64,000 bases of DNA from Steroidobacteraceae bacterium (GTDB lineage Bacteria; Pseudomonadota; Gammaproteobacteria; Steroidobacterales; Steroidobacteraceae). The notes beneath the pieces were generated by a model. The model saw only the letters and a program-made list of their open reading frames with translations, had not been told where the DNA came from and ran no database searches. Both the position numbers and the translations under genes were made by a program. Positions within the stretch are counted from its first letter, which is position 1. The number at the start of each line of letters is the position of its first letter. Shown here piece after piece: positions 1-9,429 of the stretch. The DNA lies in NCBI GenBank assembly GCA_019683695.1, contig JADGHX010000002.1:7846-71845 (forward strand), written 5' to 3'.

Positions 1-1308
1 CGCAGTCGCTGCGTTGGCGCCGAAGCCTGTCAGCTCGGTGAAGCTGACCGGACGATCCGTCACTTTCGCGCGCTCGACGACCCAGTCCACGACCTGGTCC
101 TCGAGCACCGCAGATTCGATCTGACGCATGGCGTCGGCGTTTTGCAAGTAGGCGCGTCGCACCTCGTCCGGGTTCGGGTAGGCGGCGGTCAGGTCGGCCA
201 GCCGGGCCTGCACCCGCTCCCGATCCACCTTGATGTTCTCCGCCCGGACGATCTCGCTCAGCAGCAGCCCGAGCGCCACGCGCCGACGGGCGGGCTCCTC
301 GAAGGTCTGCGGCGGCGGGAGCTGCTTCGGGTCGGTGATGTTCGCGCGGCGAGCCATGTCGAGCTGAAGCTGCTGCACCTGTTCCTGCACGAGCGCGCGC
401 GGCACCTCGAACTTGTTGTCGCGGTAGAGCGCGTCGAACACCTGGGTGCGCAGCCGATTGCGGATCAGGTCCTGCATCTCGCGCGTCATGCTCTGACGCA
501 CCTCGGCCCGCAGGGCCTCGACCCCGCCCTCGGTGACGCCGAACGCCTTGCAGAACGCCTCATCGACCTCGGGCAGCCTCTGCTCCTCGACCTTCTTCAC
601 ATCCAGCCGGAACTCGGCCGTCTTGCCCGCCAGCTCTTTGTTGGGATGCTCCGCGGGGAAGGCAACCTGGACCGTGCGGGTCTCACCGGCGGCCGCGCCC
701 TTCACGCCCTGCTCCAGCTCGGTCATCACCCGGTTGGAGCCGATGATGAAGGAGATGTCCTTGCCTTCGCCATCCTTCACGGGCTTGCCATCGACCGTGG
801 TGCTGTAGTCCACGGTCACCCGGTCGGTGTCCTGCGCCGCGCGCTCCACGACCACGAAGTCGGGGCGCTGGCGTCGCATGCTCTCGATCATGGCGTCCAC
901 GTCGGCCTCGGTGACCTCGCACGTCGGACGCTCGATGGCGATGGAGTCCACCGGCTGCACGTGGATCTCGGGCATGACTTCGAACGTGGCGGCGTACTTG
1001 AGATCCGACCCCGGGCTGATGGCGATCGGCTCGATGCGGGGGCCCGCCGCGGGATTCAGCTTTTCCTGGCTGACGGCTTCGGCAAAGGTGCTGCGGATCA
1101 GGTCCCCGACCACTTCCCCGTGTACCTGCTCGCCATACTGGCGCTGGATGACGGAAAACGGGGCCTTGCCCGGGCGAAAGCCCTTCAGGCGCGCGGTCCG
1201 CGAGATCTTCTTCAGCCGCTGCTCGACTTCGGTGCTCACGCGCTGCGCCGGGACGGCCACTTCGAGACGCCGCTCGAGACCCGAAGTGGCGGTCAGAGAT
1301 ACCTGCAT
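1..1308 (-). CDS. tig: trigger factor (C-terminus runs off the window start)
   Basis: My own minus-strand translation from ATG (cat at 1306-1308) gives MQVSLTATSGLERRLEVAVPAQRVSTEVEQRLKKISRTARLKGFRPGKAPFSVIQRQYGEQV..., the typical trigger-factor N-terminal domain (GFRPGKAP). It is absent from the ORF track because no stop lies inside the window. The + ORF 142..1353 is its antisense shadow. Confidence 0.9.
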   Translation of the reverse strand, partial: MQVSLTATSGLERRLEVAVPAQRVSTEVEQRLKKISRTARLKGFRPGKAPFSVIQRQYGEQVHGEVVGDLIRSTFAEAVSQEKLNPAAGPRIEPIAISPGSDLKYAATFEVMPEIHVQPVDSIAIERPTCEVTEADVDAMIESMRRQRPDFVVVERAAQDTDRVTVDYSTTVDGKPVKDGEGKDISFIIGSNRVMTELEQGVKGAAAGETRTVQVAFPAEHPNKELAGKTAEFRLDVKKVEEQRLPEVDEAFCKAFGVTEGGVEALRAEVRQSMTREMQDLIRNRLRTQVFDALYRDNKFEVPRALVQEQVQQLQLDMARRANITDPKQLPPPQTFEEPARRRVALGLLLSEIVRAENIKVDRERVQARLADLTAAYPNPDEVRRAYLQNADAMRQIESAVLEDQVVDWVVERAKVTDRPVSFTELTGFGANAATA

Positions 1309-1371
1309 CGTTCAAATCCTCGACTCGAATGCCCGCCCCTGCGGACGGGATAACAGTGTTGTGGATGGCTC

Positions 1372-1456
1372 TGGTGCGAAAGGCGAGACTCGAACTCGCA
1401 TGGGTTGCCCCGCCGGCTCCTAAGGCCGGTGCGTCTACCAATTCCGCCACTTTCGC
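1372..1456 (-). tRNA. tRNA-Leu (anticodon UAG), 85 nt with long variable arm
   Basis: The reverse complement reads GCGAAAGTGGCGGAATTGGTAGACGCACCGGCCTTAGGAGCCGG...GCGAGTTCGAGTCTCGCCTTTCGCACCA. Acceptor stem is GCGAAAG/CTTTCGC, the anticodon loop is CTTAGGA and CCA is encoded. Confidence 0.9.
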
Positions 1457-1520
1457 ACGCCGCGCGTGCACCGTCGCGCGCCGCCCCGCGTGGCGGTCCA
1501 GCCGTGCGACGGGGCGCGAG

Positions 1521-1526
1521 ATTATA
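1521..1526 (-). promoter_or_regulatory. candidate -10 box (TATAAT) of the tRNA-Leu promoter with GC-rich discriminator
   Basis: The minus strand reads ...cttgcgtacccccttcagcTATAATctcgcgccccgtcgc about 65 nt upstream of the tRNA 5' end. The -10 is perfect and the -35 is weak or unclear. The discriminator resembles those upstream of tRNA-Arg and tRNA-Pro in this window. Confidence 0.4.
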
Positions 1527-1621
1527 GCTGAAGGGGGTACGCAAGAACCTGCCGGCGCGAACGCACCATGCGCAATGCAGGCGAGAGCGGCTGGTGTGTC
1601 ATGCGTGGCGGCTGCCGGCCG

Positions 1622-1915
1622 CTAGGAGCGCGGCCGCCGCGTACGAATACCGCGCCGTTGACCGGCGCGTTTCCCTGCGGCCGTGCCGGGCTCCGCGCCA
1701 AAGCGGCGTGAAAGGGACTCGAGCTTTTCGATCTGCTCGTGCAGCGGATCCCGAACAGAGGTTCTGAGGAGGCTCGCGACATCCGCATCGATGTCGGCGT
1801 TCTGCTCCAGAAGGGCGCTGACGGCCACCGCCAGGGCGGACTGCACACGGTGCAGATGGGCGATGACCTCCGACAGCGCGGCCCGGACCGCCCGACTGGA
1901 CTTCTCGCTGGACAT
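1622..1915 (-). CDS. hypothetical protein (97 aa, predicted helical, basic C-tail)
   Basis: ORF track 1622..1921, taking the ATG at 1915 (MSSEKSSRAVRAALSEVIAHLHRVQSALAVAVSALLEQNADID...). Composition is protein-like and it is divergent from the HTH gene. I recognise no family. Confidence 0.4.
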   Translation of the reverse strand: MSSEKSSRAVRAALSEVIAHLHRVQSALAVAVSALLEQNADIDADVASLLRTSVRDPLHEQIEKLESLSRRFGAEPGTAAGKRAGQRRGIRTRRPRS

Positions 1916-2052
1916 GCACACCTCTTCCCTGGCCGTTCGCGAACGCAGCCGCTCCGTGCGGCGAGAGGACCTTACGTCATGTCCGTACGAGTATCAACAT
2001 TTTCGTGACGGCCGACTGGCAATTTCGTGGGGCGAGCGGTACATTCATCCGC

Positions 2053-2535
2053 ATGGCCCCGGATTCAAAGCACCGCCACCCCGATGATCCAGACGGATTT
2101 GCGCGGCGTCTCCGTCAGGTCGTGGATTCGTACGGAAGTACGAGCTCTCTCGCGCGCGTCATCGATCGATCCGAGGGCGCGCTGCGCAAATGGCTGCGCG
2201 GAGAGTCGGAGCCTGGCGTTTCGGACCTGCGGGCCATCTGTTTCGCCACGGGCACGAGCGTGGAATGGCTTGTCATGGGCAAGGGTGAGCCGCGCGCCGG
2301 TCTCGTGGTGCGTGAGCCCCATACTCCGTACGGCGCAGACGAGCCTCTGCCTCCGCTCAACTACAAGCTGATGGACGACGTGGTCCTGGCCATCCGCCTC
2401 GAGCCGAAGATCGCCGGCATCCCTGTCACGCCAGAGAAGTGCTCGTCGATCCTGACCACGGTGTACAACATGTCCCGCGCCACGCGGCAGGTGGACCGCG
2501 AAGGCGCCGAGCGCGTGATCGGGCTCACGAGCTGA
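2053..2535 (+). CDS. XRE/Cro-CI-type helix-turn-helix DNA-binding protein
   Basis: ORF 2005..2535 contains the HTH segment SLARVIDRSEGALRKWLRGESEPGVSDLRAICFATGTSVEWLVMGKG, typical of phage-repressor-like HTH proteins. The start is ambiguous (GTG 2005 or ATG 2053). Confidence 0.65.
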   Translation: MAPDSKHRHPDDPDGFARRLRQVVDSYGSTSSLARVIDRSEGALRKWLRGESEPGVSDLRAICFATGTSVEWLVMGKGEPRAGLVVREPHTPYGADEPLPPLNYKLMDDVVLAIRLEPKIAGIPVTPEKCSSILTTVYNMSRATRQVDREGAERVIGLTS

Positions 2536-2603
2536 AGTCGTCGGCCGCGTCGCGCGCGCGTGGCGTGTACTCTTCGCGGCTCGCCGGAAACAGGAGCCCT
2601 CCC

Positions 2604-3668
2604 GTGCGAGCACATCGCCCGGCCGCGATCACGACTGTGATCGCCGTCATCCTCCCCTTCACCGCCCTCTCTGCCGAATCTGCCGAACGGGACGCCATTG
2701 CGAAGTGCCGCACCGAGCGCAACGGACCCGATCGCCTGGCCTGCTACGACCAGCTGTTTGGCGCGCCAGAGCAGGAACAGCTCCTGCAGGAACCGCCAGC
2801 CCGGCTGCCCGAGGCGGCCTCGGCCGCCGACGAGCTGTCGCTGCTCGATCAGCGCTGGGAGTTGAGCCCGGAGCGCAAGACGGGGACCTTTCACCTCGCG
2901 CCTCACAAGCCGGTCTACTTCCTCGCGGCCTGGCATGCCAGCGACACGAACGACAGGCCCTCGAGCCCGAGTGAAGGGCACACGGTCCCGCGTCCGCTCG
3001 ATCTCACCCATACCGAAACGAAGTTCCAGATCAGCTTCAAGAGCAAGATGGTGGAGAACCTGTTCGGGGACTTGTCGGACCTCTGGTTCGGCTACACCCA
3101 AACCTCGCGCTGGCAGCTCTTCAATGCCTCGGAATCGAGGCCGTTCCGCGAAACGGACTACGAGCCCGAGCTGATCCTCGCGTTTCGCACGCAGTACGAG
3201 TTGTTCGGCTGGACGGGGCGCCTCGCAGGCCTCAGTCTCACGCATCAATCGAATGGCCGGCCCGATCCGCTCTCGCGCAGCTGGAATCGCGTGATCGCGT
3301 CTGCGGGATTCGACCGGCCGGGCTGGACCCTCACGTTCCGGTACTGGGCGCGGTTGCACGAAAACCTCTCCAGCGACGACAACCCGGACATCCTCGACTA
3401 CATGGGCCGGGGCGACGTGCTGATCACGCGCAACTGGGGCAAGCACGAAATCTCCGCGATGCTGCGCCATACGCTGCGCGACGGTGACCGCTCGCGGGGT
3501 GCGCTCGAGCTCGACTGGGCCTTTCCCATTCATGGAAACCTGAAGGGATACGCCCAGTTCTTCAGCGGCTATGGCGAGAGCCTCATCGATTACAACCACC
3601 GCGCCAACTATTTCGGCGTCGGGATATCGCTCATCGAATGGTATTCACGCACAGAGGAGCGGCCATAG
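2604..3668 (+). CDS. pldA: outer-membrane phospholipase A
   Basis: The frame of ORF 2439..3668 carries YFLAAWHASDTND, TETKFQISFK, WFGYTQTSRWQLFN, FRETDYEPELIL, the catalytic-type LTHQSNGR motif and a C-terminal YFGVGISL beta-barrel end. GTG at 2604 is preceded by AGGAG (2592-2596) and followed by a signal-like VRAHRPAAITTVIAVILPFTALSA. Confidence 0.85.
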   Translation: MRAHRPAAITTVIAVILPFTALSAESAERDAIAKCRTERNGPDRLACYDQLFGAPEQEQLLQEPPARLPEAASAADELSLLDQRWELSPERKTGTFHLAPHKPVYFLAAWHASDTNDRPSSPSEGHTVPRPLDLTHTETKFQISFKSKMVENLFGDLSDLWFGYTQTSRWQLFNASESRPFRETDYEPELILAFRTQYELFGWTGRLAGLSLTHQSNGRPDPLSRSWNRVIASAGFDRPGWTLTFRYWARLHENLSSDDNPDILDYMGRGDVLITRNWGKHEISAMLRHTLRDGDRSRGALELDWAFPIHGNLKGYAQFFSGYGESLIDYNHRANYFGVGISLIEWYSRTEERP

Positions 3669-3676
3669 CGGCCTCA

Positions 3677-4534
3677 TCACTCGCGCGACTCCAGGCTGGC
3701 GAAGATCCGCTTTGCCGATTGCACGCGAGCGATGTACGCGCTCACGCTGTGGTCCCCGCATCGCTGCCCGGGCGTCAGCCGAAACCCTCGCCGCACGTAC
3801 GCATTGCCTGCCCCTGCGCCGCAGAGGTGAATCACAGCCGCGAGGTTCTGCTTCTGCTCGAGGGTTGCCGACGTTGCACCGTGGCGACGCACCAGCTGCG
3901 AGACGTGGTGATCCAGATAGGCTGAGGTGAGCTCCACCGCGTGGCTCGGAACGACCCGGAAGTAGAGGCTGTTGAACCAGCAGGAGTCCCAGTCGTTCCA
4001 GGGCCCGTCCTCCACGACCTCGTGATCGTGGATGCAGAACCGGCGCGCCTCGGCGAACGTGCCGTCTGTGATCTGATACATGCCGACCGCGCTCGAGGCC
4101 GGCCGGTACACCTCGAACGGCTGCGCCTTCCACGACCAGCGCCAGTACGTGCGCACGATCGGGTTACCCGAGCCTTCCACCTGCGCCAGCGCCGCCAGGA
4201 ACTCTGGCGTCATCACGCGCGTGGAGTGCCGCCGGAAGATGGGGCCGTAAGCGTCCCAGGTTTCCGTTGCGGTCTTGTAGAGCGTTCCGCTCACGGGGAA
4301 GAACAACTCCGTGGGCTTGCGTGCCACCTGATAGATGCCGTTCACGACGAACCAGAGCGTGAAGAGGCCGAGCGTCCCCACGAAGAACTGCACCAGAAGG
4401 GGCGCGCTTCGGAACGCGCGCCACCATCGCCTGCGCGTGCGCGCGCTCGGCAGGAACTTCGTCATGCGCCAGCGCGCGCGGCGCTTGCCGCCGCCGCTCG
4501 AGCGGCCGCTGCGTTTGCCTCCCCTGCGGGCCAT
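3677..4534 (-). CDS. lytic transglycosylase (SLT) domain protein with N-terminal membrane anchor
   Basis: SLT signatures are AQVEGSGNP and SSAVGMYQITDGTF. A basic N-terminus is followed by a hydrophobic helix (LLVQFFVGTLGLFTLWFVV). An internal ATG (MTKFLP, 4462) is an alternative start. Confidence 0.8.
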   Translation of the reverse strand: MARRGGKRSGRSSGGGKRRARWRMTKFLPSARTRRRWWRAFRSAPLLVQFFVGTLGLFTLWFVVNGIYQVARKPTELFFPVSGTLYKTATETWDAYGPIFRRHSTRVMTPEFLAALAQVEGSGNPIVRTYWRWSWKAQPFEVYRPASSAVGMYQITDGTFAEARRFCIHDHEVVEDGPWNDWDSCWFNSLYFRVVPSHAVELTSAYLDHHVSQLVRRHGATSATLEQKQNLAAVIHLCGAGAGNAYVRRGFRLTPGQRCGDHSVSAYIARVQSAKRIFASLESRE

Positions 4535-4919
4535 CGGTTCAGTGTCCGCTCACTCCGGCATTGAAAAGCCAGCGGGCGGCAACGCATGCGCACCCCTTGA
4601 GCGATCCGCGCGAACGCGCGCTTGTGGCGCAAGCGCCCGTATTGAAACGCTCTCCCAACGCACAGGTGCAAATGCCGCGATCAGGACGAGCGAACATGAA
4701 ACTTGATGAGAGCGCTGCGGAAGTGGACAACGCGCGAAGTGAAATGCGTCGTCGAGTGCCTGTCAACGGATGGTCAGCGCACCGGGCATGGCCCGCCGGC
4801 GCTGAACCGTACCGATCACTCTGCAGGAGCGGAAGAACGTCTTCGCGCGTGGCGGCCAGACGAGCACGGCGGCCACGCAGGTCAGGCGAAACATTGCCGC
4901 ATGCGATGTGTTCCGCGAG

Positions 4920-6503
4920 CTATTCCAGCCCCGCGGCTCTTGCGAGCCAGCGAGCCGCCTGCGCGGGGCTCTCCTTGCCCTCCTCGCGATCGACTCTTTG
5001 ATTTGCGGCGCGCATCAGTTCCACGCGAATCGCTCCGATGAGCGGCTCCAAGGCGCGCCGAAGCGTCTCATCTGTCGCACGCCCCGGAGAGAGCAGCACC
5101 ACCGCGTCGTACGGCAGGATGGCCTGACGCGGGTCCTCCAGTAGCACGAGGTCATAGGTCGCGATCCGACCGTCGCTGGAGAAAGCCGAGATCACATCCA
5201 CGTCGCTCACCGCCACGGCGCGATACATGAACGTGGATTGGAACTGGCGCTGCTCGCGAAACTCAAGCCCGTAGGTCGCCTTCAGCGCGCGCCACTCCGG
5301 CCGGTCGAAGAATTCGAAGTCCCCGCCGATCCGCAGGTTCGGCGCGTGCGCGGCGAGATCCGCGATCGTGCGGATCCCCAGGCTCTCGGCCCGGTCGCGC
5401 CGCATGGCAAGCGCATACGCGTTCTCGAAACCCAAGGTGCCGAGCACGGTGACGCCATCGCGATCCCGCAGTTGCACGGTCATCTCCTTCAGCAACTCGG
5501 CGCGCGGGGGATTGTCGGTGCGATTGAGCACATTCGCCCAGAGTGTGCCGGAGTAATCGACATACGCGTCGAGCTCGTTGTTCGCAAGCGCGCGATAGGC
5601 GACCACCGAGCCCAGGCCGGTGCGCCGGGCAACCGCTGCACCCTGCGCGCGAATGCGATCCGCCATGAGCGCCGAAAGGATGTATTGCTCCGTGAAATTC
5701 TTTGCACCGACGACATACTCCGGCTTCCCGTCTCGCGCCATCGGCACGAGCGCAGCGGCAATGCCCGCGGCGAGCAGCGCCACACCGGCAAACGCAACGC
5801 GCGGCCGGCGCTTGGCGACGCCGATTTCGATCAGGGCCAGGATCTGGTCCGTTGCGAGCGCGAGCAGCACAGCCACGATGCATCCGAAGAGAACGGACAC
5901 CCAGTTCTCCACCTGCAGGCCGGCAAAGATGTAATTGCCGAGACTCGTCTGCCCCACAGGTGTGGAGAGTGTGGCTGTGCCGATCACCCACACGGCAGAT
6001 GTGCGCACGCCCGCCATCAGCACCGGCGCGGCGAGCGGGAGTTCCACGCGCAGGAGCTTCTGCCGCTCCGTCATGCCCACGCCGCGTGCCGCCTCGATCA
6101 CGGCGGGATCCAGATTGAGCAGCGCCGTCGTTCCATTTCGCACGATCGGCAGAATGGAGTAGAGCGTGAGCGCAAGCAGTGATGGAAGGAACCCCAGCGC
6201 GGAGAAGCCGTGACCGAACACGCGCTCGGCGAGCGACGCAAGACCCAGAAGGATGGGATAGAAGAGCGCCAGCAGCGCGAGGCTCGGTACAGTCTGGATG
6301 ACACTCGCGAACGCGAGCACGGGCCAGCGCACTCGGGCGCTCCGGCTTGCGAGCACCACGAGCGGCAGGGCAATCGCGAGCCCCAGCGCGAGAGCACTCG
6401 CACTCAGCAGGACATGCTGACCCAGGTAGTTCGGCAGCACCTGCAAGGCGGCCGAAATGCGCTCATCCACGCGGCGCTTGCTCCTCCATGAGCGCACGAA
6501 CAC
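4920..6503 (-). CDS. ABC transporter fused permease / substrate-binding protein (osmoprotectant, glycine-betaine/choline type)
   Basis: The N-terminal half has about 6 TM segments and a permease EAA-like loop (IEAARGVGMTERQKLLRVELPLAAP). The C-terminal half resembles an OpuBC/OpuCC-type binding domain (VVGAKNFTEQYILSALMA...DAYVDYSGTLWANV...RPEW...VISAFSSDGRI). The start is GTG 6503 or GTG 6470. Confidence 0.85.
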   Translation of the reverse strand: MFVRSWRSKRRVDERISAALQVLPNYLGQHVLLSASALALGLAIALPLVVLASRSARVRWPVLAFASVIQTVPSLALLALFYPILLGLASLAERVFGHGFSALGFLPSLLALTLYSILPIVRNGTTALLNLDPAVIEAARGVGMTERQKLLRVELPLAAPVLMAGVRTSAVWVIGTATLSTPVGQTSLGNYIFAGLQVENWVSVLFGCIVAVLLALATDQILALIEIGVAKRRPRVAFAGVALLAAGIAAALVPMARDGKPEYVVGAKNFTEQYILSALMADRIRAQGAAVARRTGLGSVVAYRALANNELDAYVDYSGTLWANVLNRTDNPPRAELLKEMTVQLRDRDGVTVLGTLGFENAYALAMRRDRAESLGIRTIADLAAHAPNLRIGGDFEFFDRPEWRALKATYGLEFREQRQFQSTFMYRAVAVSDVDVISAFSSDGRIATYDLVLLEDPRQAILPYDAVVLLSPGRATDETLRRALEPLIGAIRVELMRAANQRVDREEGKESPAQAARWLARAAGLE

Positions 6504-7239
6504 GCCGAGCCTGCCGCAGCGGCATGTCCATCATGTTTTGAATCGCCGGATCGTCGTGCTCGCGGAGCAACTCGCGCGGCTCGCCATCTGCGACGACTTC
6601 GCCCTGTCGCATGACGACGATCCGATCCGAAAGCAGCACGGCTTCAAGCACATCGTGCGTCACCATCACGGTGGTGAGCCCCATCACGTCGTGGAGCTTC
6701 CGATATTCCGTGCCGAGCGTGTCGCGCATCACCGGATCGAGCGCACCAAAAGGCTCGTCCATCAGCATGACAGCGGGCCTTGCCGCGAGCGCGCGCGCAA
6801 CGCCCACGCGCTGCTGCTGCCCGCCGGACAGCTCGGCGGGATTGCGCTCGAGGAATGCGCCGGGCAGACCGATGAGGTCCGCAAGCTCGTGCACACGAGA
6901 GTCAACCTGCGATTCCGGCCAACCGAGGAGCCGCGGCGTGATGCCGATGTTTTCCGCGACCGTGAGGTGCGGAAAGAGCCCGATGCCCTGGAAGACATAG
7001 CCGATCTGCCGGCGCAGCTCGTGAGGCGGCACATCCTGCACGGCGCGGCCGCCGACCCGCACCGCACCCGCATCCGGATCGACCAGCCGATTGATCATCT
7101 TCATCAGCGTGGTCTTGCCCGAACCGGAATCGCCAATCAGCGCGACGAACGTTCCGCGGTCGACGGTGAGCGTCACGTCGCTCACCGCGAACGAGCGGCT
7201 GCCGTCGTACGACTTCGAAACATGCTCGAGAGCGATCAT
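6463..7239 (-). CDS. ABC transporter ATP-binding protein (osmoprotectant uptake type)
   Basis: Starting at ATG 7239 (MIALEHVSKSYDG...), it has Walker A GDSGSGKTT, signature LSGGQQQRVGVARAL and Walker B VMLMDEPFGALD. The upstream part of the listed ORF (to 7407) is not protein-like. Confidence 0.9.
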   Translation of the reverse strand: MIALEHVSKSYDGSRSFAVSDVTLTVDRGTFVALIGDSGSGKTTLMKMINRLVDPDAGAVRVGGRAVQDVPPHELRRQIGYVFQGIGLFPHLTVAENIGITPRLLGWPESQVDSRVHELADLIGLPGAFLERNPAELSGGQQQRVGVARALAARPAVMLMDEPFGALDPVMRDTLGTEYRKLHDVMGLTTVMVTHDVLEAVLLSDRIVVMRQGEVVADGEPRELLREHDDPAIQNMMDMPLRQARRVRALMEEQAPRG

Positions 7240-7327
7240 CCCCTGCCCTTCGGCACGATGCATTGGATGCACTCCACAACGCAGGCGCAGGCGCGGCGGC
7301 ACACACGCGTGCCCGCACCGCGCGCCC

Positions 7328-8266
7328 TCAGGGCTCGAGAGCGATGCGGACGCCGCGCTCGGTTTCGACCTGCACGTAGCGTGCTCCGACCGGGCGGTTT
7401 CTGCCACTCGTCACCTTCACGATCTCTCCGAGCGGCGCGGCGCGCACGTCTGCAAGCGGGCGCGACACGAACAGCTCGGCATGGAATCGCCCTTCGGATT
7501 CCAGCCCTGCGGTATCGATGCCGTTCTCCGCGAGCGCGGCGAGCGTGCCCTGGAATTCTTCCACGTCCCGGAAGCGACGTTGCACGAAGGTAGCCCCTGC
7601 GAGCCGCTCGGTGACGAGCCCGTAGGCCTCGAACGCTTCCGACAGCGGCTCGTACGGAAACATGCGCAGCACGAAGGAGATCACCCACGGAAGCTGATCG
7701 AGCGAATCGAGCACACGCTTGAACGTTGCCTCCGTCACGTATCCGATGCAGCCCGTGGAAAGAATGATGTTGGCCTTGCGCACCACCTCAGCATCGCGCG
7801 CCGACAACGGGCCGCGCTCGAGATTTGCGCTGATGCCGGCATCGAGCAGCCCCACGTTGCACGCGTAGCGAATTGCAGGCTCCGACACATCGAGACCGAT
7901 GAAACGTGCCTGCCCGATTTCCGGCCAGCTTGCGTAGAAATCGCGATCGAGCCGGGAGAGTTCCTGCGGGCTGAGCGCGGCCATCTCGCGATTCGCATAG
8001 CGACTGCGCAGCGTGTTGAAACTGAGCGGGAACCGATGCAGCGCCGCGTTGATGCCATACGAGCATCCGACATCGAGTACCAAAGGCCGCTCTGTGCTCG
8101 CACGCGCCTTGGCGGCAACGAGCTGACGCACGATGGGCTCGGCAATGTCCGGAATCATGTAGTCGAGCGCACCGAGCACGGAGAAGTACCCTCGCGGGTC
8201 CTCCTGCACATAGATCTCGTCGAAGTTCGCTTTCGACAGGTTGATGCGCGAAAAACTGTCGTTCAC
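7328..8266 (-). CDS. class I SAM-dependent methyltransferase, specificity unknown
   Basis: Motif I is VLDVGCSYGINA, followed by FIGLDVS and STGCIGY. GTG 8266 is preceded by GGAGG (complement of 8276-8280). It lies on the same strand, 88 nt upstream of the ABC ATPase gene. Confidence 0.75.
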   Translation of the reverse strand: MNDSFSRINLSKANFDEIYVQEDPRGYFSVLGALDYMIPDIAEPIVRQLVAAKARASTERPLVLDVGCSYGINAALHRFPLSFNTLRSRYANREMAALSPQELSRLDRDFYASWPEIGQARFIGLDVSEPAIRYACNVGLLDAGISANLERGPLSARDAEVVRKANIILSTGCIGYVTEATFKRVLDSLDQLPWVISFVLRMFPYEPLSEAFEAYGLVTERLAGATFVQRRFRDVEEFQGTLAALAENGIDTAGLESEGRFHAELFVSRPLADVRAAPLGEIVKVTSGRNRPVGARYVQVETERGVRIALEP

Positions 8267-8761
8267 GTGGGTGACCCTCCGGGACCTTGTTCTTCGAGGC
8301 TCAGGGGCGGATGAACCGCCCGGCGATGTGAGCACGCGGCGGACGCGCGAAGCGCGAGCCAGGCAAGGCCGGAACTATAACACGCGCGATCGCGGTCTTC
8401 GGACCTTGACATGAAATGTCCGACATATTGTGACCAATGTATCCGGCATGCGGCATGCGCAGGCCGCGAGAGCGTCCGTGGCGCCCTGGAACGCGCTCGG
8501 GCCAGCGCGCAGGCGGCGCCACTGCGCCTCGTGCGCGGCTTCTCAGCGAATGCAGGGCTCGCTCGTCGGGAGCATTCCGATGCGAGAGCGTGTTTCCGAC
8601 GAGATGGCGTAGGTGGCGTGGCGTTGAGCGGGACGCAGACGGAACATCACGCGGCGAGACTGCGCGGGGCGTCGTCCTGTGCCGCGAGGGCTGTTAGCAT
8701 TGGCCCGATGAGAACAGCGGGGATCGGTGTCGCTGGGGGAATCCGAACGACGCGCGCGCGC

Positions 8762-9325
8762 TCACTCGCCCGTGAGCGTCTCGCCGGCCGCGTCGGTCGC
8801 GGCATCGCGCATCACGGCTGTGAGCACGCCGAGAGACTTGTGCAGCCGGGCGAGCTCCTCCGTGTCCAGATGTCTCAGGGCATCCACGAGCAGGCCCGTG
8901 TAAGGCCCGGGCGCGCGCAACAGTTTCCGCTTGCCTTCCGTGGTCACGTGAAGCCGCACCACACGCTGGTCCGCCGCATCGCGCACGCGCCGGATGAGCT
9001 TCTCCTCGGTGAGCGCGTTCACGAGGTTGCTCGCCGTCGTCTGATGGAGCGCCATGCGCTCGGCCAGGTCGTTCACACTCATGCCCTGCGAGCGCGCGAT
9101 CTCGGAGAGCGCCCAGAGCTGGGAACCCGAGATCGCTGCCGCGCGCCGCACATCGGCATCGTGGCGCCGCGCGGTGCCGAACAGCAGCCGGAAGGCCTGC
9201 AACGTCTGCAGTTCCAGCGCGGCGCGGCTCGCCTGCGCGGAGGCGCGCCCCGAGGCGCTTCCGGAAATCTTGCGCTTGGCGCCATTGCGCCGCCGGGAGG
9301 TAGGACGAGTCGGTTGGGTGGACAT
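8762..9325 (-). CDS. MarR-family transcriptional regulator
   Basis: The winged-helix core is ISGSQLWALSEIARSQGMSVNDLAERMALHQTTASNLVNALTEEKLIRRVRDAADQRVVRLHVTTEGKRKL. The ATG at 9325 was verified. Confidence 0.85.
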   Translation of the reverse strand: MSTQPTRPTSRRRNGAKRKISGSASGRASAQASRAALELQTLQAFRLLFGTARRHDADVRRAAAISGSQLWALSEIARSQGMSVNDLAERMALHQTTASNLVNALTEEKLIRRVRDAADQRVVRLHVTTEGKRKLLRAPGPYTGLLVDALRHLDTEELARLHKSLGVLTAVMRDAATDAAGETLTGE

Positions 9326-9429
9326 TTGCAGGCATCCTACACATATGCGCCGCGTTGCGGGAGTGCGCCTTCCACTTCCCGTCAGGCTGCGGCTGGGGCC
9401 ATCTCGTGCCGGATGGCTCAGCGCCTCTC

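Noticed and set aside
8336-8761. A 426-bp gene-free interval between the methyltransferase and MarR genes. It contains a perfect TTGACA (8406-8411) and an ATGTC-c-GACAT mini-palindrome, so it could hold an sRNA or promoter.
   Set aside because: No acceptable -10 lies at 16-18 nt from the TTGACA on either strand. There is no terminator-like hairpin with a U-tract and no protein-like ORF. It probably just holds the methyltransferase-operon promoter, and I cannot define a feature.
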